The translations under genes and the position numbers were made by a program. Of a stretch of 64,000 bases of DNA, positions 10,133 to 17,371 are shown piece by piece. Source of the stretch: Myxococcota bacterium (GTDB lineage: Bacteria > Myxococcota_A > SURF-8); NCBI GenBank assembly GCA_965140415.1, contig OZ223209.1, positions 1,504,001 through 1,568,000 of the forward strand. Direction: 5' to 3'. The notes under the pieces were generated by a model. The model searched no databases, was not told where the DNA came from, and saw nothing but the letters and a program-made list of their open reading frames with translations. Each line of letters begins with the position of its first letter. The stretch's first letter is position 1.

Positions 10133-10157
10133 CAACAAGCTTGATTCCTGTCTCACG

Positions 10158-10186
10158 GAGCCGCGTCTTTCTGGCGCGGCTCTTTT
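10158..10186 (+). terminator. Rho-independent terminator
   Basis: GAGCCGCG/CGCGGCTC stem + TTTT after the stop at 10132. Confidence 0.75.
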
Positions 10187-10197
10187 CAGGAAACCCC

Positions 10198-10226
10198 TTG
10201 ACCGATACGTCCGGGGAGGGTATGGT
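10198..10226 (+). promoter_or_regulatory. sigma70-type promoter TTGACC-N17-TATGGT
   Basis: Lies between the terminator and the lipoprotein-rsfS-rlmH operon. Confidence 0.55.
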
Positions 10227-10297
10227 TTCGCCCCGGTTGGCTCGTATTCCGTTTTGGAAGCGGGATTTTATTGTAATGAAAACGAAATAGGCGACCA

Positions 10298-11371
10298 ATG
10301 ACTCGATGGATACAAACGATACTGGTGATTCTGCTTATTGCTCTGCTCGGTCTGGCGAATGGTTGTTCCAAGGCGGACAGTGAAGACGCCGAACAGCGCG
10401 TGATCGAAAAGAAGGACGTGGCCGAAGAAGTCAAGGAGCGCAAGGTTACGTTACACGAGATCGATCTGTCCAAAATTCCGGGTGACATCGGCGAAATGGA
10501 TAAGCTGATGCTGATGACCCAGGAAGAAGTTGCCGCGCGACTGGGCGGGTATCACTTTAACGCCGAAATGGTTTTCACCACCGGTGGCGGAAAAAAGAAA
10601 ATCAACCTACTTGAACGGCACGAACTGGAACAGGCCGAAAACGGCGATTTTCGTGTGCGGATTTTCAACGACAATACCAAGAACTACGAATTGTACTGGG
10701 TCAATGGCGAAGTGCTGGACCGCACTGGCTACGGCGCGTATAGGACTTCGATGTCCACCGGAAAGCACTTGTACTGGCGCGAAAAAACCTACATGGCGCT
10801 GGACCGCTTTTACCGCTACTTCCGCGGACATATGAAATTTTCTCCTGCCGAATCGATGGAATACGAAGGGCGTCCGGCTCTGAAGATCGCGTTCACTCTC
10901 GATCCCGCAGGTGCAATCGGCGAAGCGGACCTGCCGCTGCAATACGATTTCCCGAGCCAGTATGCTTTGAGCCTGCTCTCGATGAACAAGATGATGAATC
11001 AGAACCGCAAGCGCGTGACCCGTTTCGAGGAAGCGGATGGCTATGTCGTGGTGGATCGGAATGCGGGCGTGATTCTGTCGTACAAGTTCCACGGAAAATA
11101 CTTTATCTCAATCGGCAAAAAGCGAATCGAGAAAATGATCGCCGCCGGCGACAAGAATCCGCCTAAGGAAGTTCTGTTCATTCTGGACGGATCGCTGAAC
11201 ATTGATAAGATCGGCCAGATCAAGTCGATCGAAAAGCCGAAAAACGAACCCGCCGCCAAGCGCGAGCAACCGATGGAAGACGTTGCGCCGCTATTGCCGG
11301 AGGGTGTGAAAACCAATAAACAAATCAAAGCCGAGCAAGCCAAGGCCAAGCCGGAGAACACGGACAAGTAA
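10298..11371 (+). CDS. Hypothetical lipoprotein
   Basis: Signal peptide with lipobox LANGC; 357-aa ORF; no DGD motif. Confidence 0.75.
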   Translation: MTRWIQTILVILLIALLGLANGCSKADSEDAEQRVIEKKDVAEEVKERKVTLHEIDLSKIPGDIGEMDKLMLMTQEEVAARLGGYHFNAEMVFTTGGGKKKINLLERHELEQAENGDFRVRIFNDNTKNYELYWVNGEVLDRTGYGAYRTSMSTGKHLYWREKTYMALDRFYRYFRGHMKFSPAESMEYEGRPALKIAFTLDPAGAIGEADLPLQYDFPSQYALSLLSMNKMMNQNRKRVTRFEEADGYVVVDRNAGVILSYKFHGKYFISIGKKRIEKMIAAGDKNPPKEVLFILDGSLNIDKIGQIKSIEKPKNEPAAKREQPMEDVAPLLPEGVKTNKQIKAEQAKAKPENTDK

Positions 11372-11376
11372 ACCCC

Positions 11377-11859
11377 ATGAGCGAGACGAACGAAACCACC
11401 TCTGAACAGACAACCGAAAAAACTTCCAAACCGGAAGAAATCAGCCTGCTTTCCGAAGAACGCGACAAGCTCATTTTAGCCGTTCGTGCCGTGCAGGAAA
11501 AGAAGGCGTTGGATGTCATGCTGATCGATGTCACCGATCGGCAGACCTACACCGACTACATCCTGATCTGCCACGGTCAGAGCGACCGGCAGGTGCAGGC
11601 CATTGCCGAGCACGTACAGCAGACGCTGCGCGCCTATAAAATCCGTCCCATCGGCACGGAAGGCGAAACGCTGAACCACTGGGTGCTGATCGATTTCGGC
11701 GGGCTGATCGTCAACGTGTTCTACCAGCCGATTCGTGAACTCTACGATCTGGAAGGCATCTGGGCCGGATCGCCGCTACTGGATATCGAATCCGTCGAGG
11801 CGCTGCCGGTTGAAATCACGCCGAAGAAATCCAAACGGTTGATGAAGGACCAGGCGTGA
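11377..11859 (+). CDS. rsfS: Ribosome silencing factor
   Basis: EKKALDV..IDV...TDYILICHG.SDRQVQAIA, WVLIDFG, YDLEGIW; adjacent to rlmH. Confidence 0.95.
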   Translation: MSETNETTSEQTTEKTSKPEEISLLSEERDKLILAVRAVQEKKALDVMLIDVTDRQTYTDYILICHGQSDRQVQAIAEHVQQTLRAYKIRPIGTEGETLNHWVLIDFGGLIVNVFYQPIRELYDLEGIWAGSPLLDIESVEALPVEITPKKSKRLMKDQA

Positions 11860-12323
11860 AGATTCGGCTGGTCAGCATCGGCAAGACCAAGCAGCCCCAT
11901 GTCAAAACCGGGGTCGATCTGTACCGCAAGCGCTTGTCCCACTACATTCCATTCGAATACGTCGAACTGCCCGATGTCAAGGGCGGCGGCAAGGCGGAAG
12001 TGTTGCGCGAGCGCGAGGCGCAAAGCATTATGAAGGGTCTGTCGCCGCAAACGGTTCTGGTGGCGCTGGACGAGCATGGGAAGCAGTTTTCCTCCGTTGC
12101 TTTCGCCGGGTGGATCGAAAAGCAGATGAATCGCGGCGCAAGCGACGTCGTGTTCGCCATCGGCGGCGCAACCGGGCACGGCAGGGCGCTATTGGATCGC
12201 GCCGAGTTGACGATGTCGCTTTCGAAAATGACCTTTCCGCACGATCTGGCGCGGTTGCTCTTTCTGGAGCAGCTCTACCGCGCGTTCACGATCATTCGCC
12301 ACGAGCCGTATCACAACGAGTAG
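11856..12323 (+). CDS. rlmH: 23S rRNA pseudouridine(1915)-N3-methyltransferase
   Basis: SPOUT motifs FAIGGATG, SLSKMTFPHDLARLLFLEQLYRA and PYH. Confidence 0.96.
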   Translation: MKIRLVSIGKTKQPHVKTGVDLYRKRLSHYIPFEYVELPDVKGGGKAEVLREREAQSIMKGLSPQTVLVALDEHGKQFSSVAFAGWIEKQMNRGASDVVFAIGGATGHGRALLDRAELTMSLSKMTFPHDLARLLFLEQLYRAFTIIRHEPYHNE

Positions 12324-12351
12324 CAACTACCTGTTGATTTCGGAAATTCTT

Positions 12352-13332
12352 CTATAACGTCACTTGATCCAAGGCGGGCTCATCAACACCGGAGAGCACA
12401 CGAACGCCCGTAAAATCGGCGATCTCCAGGTGGGCTTCCGTGTGCATCATGCGGGTGGCCAGATAATAGCGGCAACTGGCGAACAAACGGTGCTCGTCGG
12501 GAAGTTCGTCGCTGATCAGTGTGATATCCGCAAATTCGCCCGAATCGGGAATCACCTGCTGAAGCTGTTTCATTTTGCGGTCGAAAAAACGATCTCGTAT
12601 CACGCGCAGCACGAGAGTCACATCCGAGTCGGCGTTGAAACGCTGTAGATACTCGCGAATCAGTTTCGGCCAAACAGGATAGGGGTCTTCGAAGTCGGGA
12701 TAGAGCAGGATGCAGGTGCTCCGTGCTTGAATCTTTAGCGGTTCGGGATGCGGCTCAGGTACGCCGTATTTCGAGATGAAGCCGTCGATGTCCGTACCGA
12801 AGTCGGTTTCACTGGCTTGCAGTTTTTCATGTTCCCAATGCCAGTATTGGATAGCCTGCAAGGCTTTGATCTGCTCCAGAGGGAAGCGATATTTAATGAT
12901 TTGCATCGGGCTGCCCACCGCCACGGCGTAAGGCGGCACGTCTTTACTGACGACCGTTCCCGATCCGATGACCGCGCCGTTGCCGATGCGCACACCAGAC
13001 AGCAAGGTTACCCGGTTGCCGATCCAGACATCGTGGCCGATTACGATCTGCCCTTTGCGCTTGAAATCGTCGCGTTTACCCAGATGGAAGGAACTGCTTA
13101 TGCGCTCTATGTCGTGATTCAGATTGAACAGACTGTAGATGCGATTGCCAAGCGAACAGTAGTTGCCGATTTGCAGGTTGATGATTTCGTTGCCTTCGTC
13201 CATATAGATGCGCATCGAGCCGATGAAACTCATACGACCCAGGCTGCCGAACATGAAATTCTTTTTCACACCATCGCTGATGCTCATCGGGCGCACTTCG
13301 CTATCCGCCTGGATGGTAATATCGAATTTCAT
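12352..13332 (-). CDS. CatB/Vat-family hexapeptide O-acetyltransferase with an extra C-terminal glycosyltransferase-like domain
   Basis: IGNYCS, KGQIVIGHDVWIG, IGNGAVIGSGTVVSKDVPPYAVAVGSP and IQYWHW, followed by about 130 additional aa. Confidence 0.75.
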   Translation of the reverse strand: MKFDITIQADSEVRPMSISDGVKKNFMFGSLGRMSFIGSMRIYMDEGNEIINLQIGNYCSLGNRIYSLFNLNHDIERISSSFHLGKRDDFKRKGQIVIGHDVWIGNRVTLLSGVRIGNGAVIGSGTVVSKDVPPYAVAVGSPMQIIKYRFPLEQIKALQAIQYWHWEHEKLQASETDFGTDIDGFISKYGVPEPHPEPLKIQARSTCILLYPDFEDPYPVWPKLIREYLQRFNADSDVTLVLRVIRDRFFDRKMKQLQQVIPDSGEFADITLISDELPDEHRLFASCRYYLATRMMHTEAHLEIADFTGVRVLSGVDEPALDQVTL

Positions 13333-13386
13333 GTAAACCCCTTTGTTGGAAGCTTGAACCTAACGGCCTGGAAACCGAATGTGGCG

Positions 13387-13911
13387 CTATTCCCCCGCCA
13401 GATGCTTTTCGATGCCGCGATTGACTTTGACCAGGTTCGGTTTGATCAAGGCCAATACGACCTTTTCCACCTGGCTGGTGATGCTCTTGGCAAGAAACTT
13501 CGGGATCATGGGATGCTTGGCCAGATCCAGGTTCAACTCGCCGCTGAGTTTGACGGTGGTTTCTTTTTCGTCGCCGGTGAAGAAGTTTTCGCCGTGGACA
13601 TCGACGTATTCGGTAAAGAACATCATCTCCAGCCGGTAACGCACGCTCATCGTGCTTTCATCCCACTCGGCATAATCCACCCAGCCCAGTTCCTCGGCTT
13701 TGATGAACTTCTTCAATCCACCGGGGATTTTGTCTTCGCTGTACCAGTGGTTGACGATGCTCACCTTGCCGTCGCCCTTGTCTTCGTATTTCTTGCAGTC
13801 GATTTTTTTAACATCGGGCAAATAGGGGACGAGGTCGGGCATCTTGTCACGCATGGTGGCGTAGACATCTTTCAAAGGATAGGGCACATGGTCGATGACT
13901 TCGAATTTCAT
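13387..13911 (-). CDS. START/SRPBCC-fold (DUF2505-like) protein
   Basis: Probable start MKFEVIDH at 13911; VYATMRDKMPDLVPYLPDV and W.DYAEWDE motifs. Confidence 0.6.
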   Translation of the reverse strand: MKFEVIDHVPYPLKDVYATMRDKMPDLVPYLPDVKKIDCKKYEDKGDGKVSIVNHWYSEDKIPGGLKKFIKAEELGWVDYAEWDESTMSVRYRLEMMFFTEYVDVHGENFFTGDEKETTVKLSGELNLDLAKHPMIPKFLAKSITSQVEKVVLALIKPNLVKVNRGIEKHLAGE

Positions 13912-13983
13912 GTCGCTTCTTCGGCTTTTTAGGGGTTGGCGAATGGAAGAGGATTTCCCCTCCGCTTGCGTCTTGTGGTGCGC

Positions 13984-14012
13984 ATTGTAACAAAGCCCCG
14001 GAATGCGTTCAA
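13984..14012 (-). promoter_or_regulatory. sigma70-type promoter TTGAAC-N17-TACAAT
   Basis: Upstream of ATG 13911, which supports the shorter start. Confidence 0.5.
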
Positions 14013-14069
14013 CAAAAATTGTATAGTGCTTCAACGGTACTTTAAACCACAGGTCGAAAAAAAGTATTT

Positions 14070-14771
14070 TTAAGCAGGATAGCGATTGATGAAATCCCTT
14101 ACCGCCATAAGAACAAGTTCAACTTTGGTCTTATCGTATTCATCATAATGTCCGTGAGCAGCATCGTTTCGAAGACTTAACCAAGCGGTTACACTTTTTT
14201 GTTCACTTTTTCCATACGCACCAGCTTTAACGAGATCGGCATTTATTAAATCCGCCTTTTTAAACCGGCTTTTAGGAGAGGTTGTATCTACACTAACTTT
14301 TTCGCACAATTTTCTAAGGTGTGTTTCTAAAGAGCTTCCAATAATTACAGCCGCAGGATCTTTATAACCATCTTTTAATAGATATTCTGCCATATCTAGG
14401 TAATCTGAGAATAAGTCAGCTCTAATCAAAGATTTCAAGGATGATAGATAGCCATTTGAGTAATCCTCTCTTAGAGCCATCGCAATTCCTGTATAATCTT
14501 CCATTAGAAGAATATCATCATCACCTTTCCTATTTTGGACAGCTTCATATTTCTCCCAATAAGCACTGCCTTTAGGAGCCAAATCCATTATTGCAGCCTG
14601 AAGCCGAGTGTAAACTTTTGTCTCTTCTGCTGGTATAGGAACATCATAACCATATTCAACATTCAGTCTCCCATGGTGAACCTTTCCATATTCTTCCAGT
14701 AATTTTCTTTGGTCTTCAATTACAGAATCCAATCGTTTTAAAATACTTTTGAGGATTTCTTCCGATAGCAT
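14070..14771 (-). CDS. HEPN-domain protein (DUF4145-like), AT-rich
   Basis: PAAVIIGSSLETHLR helix and RNDAAH (RxxxxH) motif; visibly more AT-rich than the flanks. Confidence 0.8.
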   Translation of the reverse strand: MLSEEILKSILKRLDSVIEDQRKLLEEYGKVHHGRLNVEYGYDVPIPAEETKVYTRLQAAIMDLAPKGSAYWEKYEAVQNRKGDDDILLMEDYTGIAMALREDYSNGYLSSLKSLIRADLFSDYLDMAEYLLKDGYKDPAAVIIGSSLETHLRKLCEKVSVDTTSPKSRFKKADLINADLVKAGAYGKSEQKSVTAWLSLRNDAAHGHYDEYDKTKVELVLMAVRDFINRYPA

Positions 14772-15060
14772 TTCTAAACCTCATTTTGCTTTAGCTTAAT
14801 CATACACAACCATAGCATCCGGCTGGAAATTTTTAGCATTTTCCAACCAGCCCAATAGCCAGCCTTATCCGGCGTTTCTACAATCCCCATTTCATTCATG
14901 AGACTTCCTTTGCATGGATTTGCTCTATGATACTAATGTTTAAGCCATTTTGCCAGTCCATTTGTCAAATTGTTCGAAATGGTTTGTAAAATTATGAAGA
15001 GATGAAAGTGAAATCGTTACCAGTTAATAAAACGATAAATTTCCTGCCATGCGTGGAGTT

Positions 15061-15090
15061 CCGGTATGCTCCGATATGCTCCGATATGTT
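15061..15090. repeat. 10-bp tandem repeat x3 (CCGGTATGCT CCGATATGCT CCGATATGTT)
   Basis: Read directly, about 110 bp upstream of the PEGA gene. Confidence 0.8.
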
Positions 15091-15198
15091 CCCTAAAACC
15101 ACTTGATTCAACAGATGACTTCGGGTATTTTGACTGCGGATCTTATATAAGGTATCGAGCAGTAATTTTCGGAACCTCACACGGTGGAGAAAAAGCGA

Positions 15199-16221
15199 AT
15201 GCGGCGAAGGCTGGCAATCATCCTGATGATTCTTCTTTTTCTGTTGGGTACGCTCCATGCGGCAATGGCGCAAAGCCGAAGCGGCGTGATGGTCTGGCGG
15301 CTGGAAGCCAAGGAAGGCGTAAGCGAACATCACATCGATTCCCTGACCGGTATCGTGGCGGCGGAGGTGGATCGCTACTCGGGAATGCAGGTCGTTTCCG
15401 AAGCGGATATCCGCACGATTTTGCAGGGCGAAGAAGTCCGGCAACGCTGCGGCGAGGAAAGCACCTCCTGCATGGTGTCCATCGGCGCAGCTTTAGGCGT
15501 ACCCGAAGCGGTTTCGGGTGATCTGGGGCGCATCGGTTCCATCTGGGTCTTGAATCTGCGTCGCATCAATATCCGCAGTACCGAAGTTGCCGGGCGCGTA
15601 AGCCGCCAGGTAGATGGCACCGTGGAGGATCTGGTCAAAGTCGTTCCCGCAGCGGTGGCGGAGCTTTTCGGTAAACAGGCTCCCGAACTTCCGGCCACCT
15701 TGAGTGTCACCACCAAACCCGATGCCGCAGAAATCCGCATCAACGGTCAATCGGTGGGGCAGGCTCCCGTCAAGAAAAACGTCCCAGCCGGGGACGTTAC
15801 CGTGCAGGCCGAAAAAAAAGGCTACGAGTTGATCTCCCGCACACTGACACTGGAAGCGGGGCAGAGCGAAACGCTGCAACTTGAAATGACACGCTACCCC
15901 ATGAACCCTTACAAACTGGGAGGGCATATCGCATTCTGGAGCGGACTGGGTCTGGCGGTTATCGGCGGCATCGCCACATGGCAGGCGTATGATACCGCCG
16001 GTGACAATAAAAACGGCGACTGGGGTGATAAATCCGGTAACAAAGCCTGGTCGGGCGCTGCTTCGGCCTGCTACGCCATCGGCGGCGCAGCCATGATAAC
16101 CGGAGTGGTGCTGTGGGCGATCAGCCCCGGAGACGAAGCCTGGGCGGAGAAGCACCGCGTATCCATGGGAGTCAGTCCCGATGGCAAAGGGCTTGCGTTG
16201 AGCTGGCAGGGGAGCTTCTGA
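15199..16221 (+). CDS. PEGA-domain protein with signal peptide and hydrophobic C-terminal hairpin
   Basis: PEGA signature LSVTTKPDAAEIRING..VGQAP....PAG...VQAEKKGY; N-terminal CxxxxxxC domain; ends in GLALSWQGSF. Alternative start GTG 15184. Confidence 0.85.
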   Translation: MRRRLAIILMILLFLLGTLHAAMAQSRSGVMVWRLEAKEGVSEHHIDSLTGIVAAEVDRYSGMQVVSEADIRTILQGEEVRQRCGEESTSCMVSIGAALGVPEAVSGDLGRIGSIWVLNLRRINIRSTEVAGRVSRQVDGTVEDLVKVVPAAVAELFGKQAPELPATLSVTTKPDAAEIRINGQSVGQAPVKKNVPAGDVTVQAEKKGYELISRTLTLEAGQSETLQLEMTRYPMNPYKLGGHIAFWSGLGLAVIGGIATWQAYDTAGDNKNGDWGDKSGNKAWSGAASACYAIGGAAMITGVVLWAISPGDEAWAEKHRVSMGVSPDGKGLALSWQGSF

Positions 16222-17360
16222 TGAAACGACACATACTCATATTCCCGTTGCTCGTCGTGTTGCTTGGCGGTTGCCAGTATTTCTGGGCCAATTACGGCGA
16301 ACTCGATCAGCCCTGCTCGACCAAGGGCACTTGTCGCGACAACCTTGTCTGCGTCAACGACATCTGCAAACGACCGGGCGATATTTCAGACGGCGATCAG
16401 GATGTTGTCACAGACGGCGACACGATCACGGATGGTGACATGCCCACTGATGGCGACACGCCCACAGACGGCGACACGCCCACTGACGGTGACACACCCA
16501 CGGATGGCGACACGCCCACCGATGGTGACACACCCACGGATGGCGACACGCCCACCGATGGTGATACACCCACGGATGGCGACACGCCCACCGATGGTGA
16601 TACACCCACCGACGGTGATACGCCCACCGATGGCGACACGCCCACCGATGGTGACGAGCCGGTGCCGGATGGCGATCTCGACTGGGAAGGCGAAACCGAA
16701 TTTTCCGGTGGTCTGATCATCGGTTTGCTTAACGCTCCCGTCGCGACCTGCCGTGGTTTGGTTTCCGATGGCTTGTATTTCTGGATCGGCGATGTCACCA
16801 ACAACCGGTTGTTGAAGGTTCGTAAAACCGGCGGTGTAGCCAACAGCTATCCCTTGCCTGCGGATGACTTGATCGATCTGGCCACCGACGGAACGAAGCT
16901 TTACAGCATCCACGACGACCCGGACGCGGTGTATGTCATTAACAAACTGAACGGGCAAGGCACACTTTCCGATCAATCTTTCAGCAACCTGAAAGGCGCC
17001 ACCTATACCGAGAACCAGGTTGCAACCTGGGAAGCCAACAAGATCGAACTGCGCGCCCCGCAGACATTGGCGCAGGAACACGTCGTCACCTGTGATTCTC
17101 CCGGCTCGCTGCTTTGCTTTAACGATCCGAATTACATCGTCTATGCCGAATCTCCCTTCGACGGCAATGCGTTCACAACAAACCTGAACATCTTAAACGG
17201 TACGCATCTGGTTAATGCCAGTATTCTCAAAACCCTGGTCGTGCCTATCAACGCCCAGCGCGTTACGGGGCTGGATGCCAGCCTGAACCACGTTTGGGTG
17301 CTTACCGACGGCAGCGGCCCGGATGCGGATAAAATCATTTTCCTTCGCCTGGATGAATAG
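16221..17360 (+). CDS. Lipoprotein: small Cys domain, (DGDTPT)n linker and beta-propeller-like C-terminus
   Basis: ATG 16221 overlaps the PEGA stop; lipobox LLGGC; propeller-like motifs RGLVSDGLYFWIGD and DLATDGTKLY. Confidence 0.85.
   Translation: MKRHILIFPLLVVLLGGCQYFWANYGELDQPCSTKGTCRDNLVCVNDICKRPGDISDGDQDVVTDGDTITDGDMPTDGDTPTDGDTPTDGDTPTDGDTPTDGDTPTDGDTPTDGDTPTDGDTPTDGDTPTDGDTPTDGDTPTDGDEPVPDGDLDWEGETEFSGGLIIGLLNAPVATCRGLVSDGLYFWIGDVTNNRLLKVRKTGGVANSYPLPADDLIDLATDGTKLYSIHDDPDAVYVINKLNGQGTLSDQSFSNLKGATYTENQVATWEANKIELRAPQTLAQEHVVTCDSPGSLLCFNDPNYIVYAESPFDGNAFTTNLNILNGTHLVNASILKTLVVPINAQRVTGLDASLNHVWVLTDGSGPDADKIIFLRLDE
16413..16646 (+). repeat. 18-bp coding tandem repeat, 13 units (DGDTIT, DGDMPT, 11x DGDTPT)
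   Basis: Unit GAYGGYGAYACRCCCACN; the 11 DGDTPT copies differ only at synonymous positions. Confidence 0.95.
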
Positions 17361-17371
17361 GAATTTCCATC

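Noticed and set aside
12352-13332. Antibiotic resistance gene (vat/catB)
   Set aside because: Only the generic hexapeptide fold is shared; there is an extra C-terminal domain and no mobile context.
16413-16646. Tandem repeat as a CRISPR array
   Set aside because: No spacers, an 18-bp in-frame unit with synonymous variation, and no cas genes.
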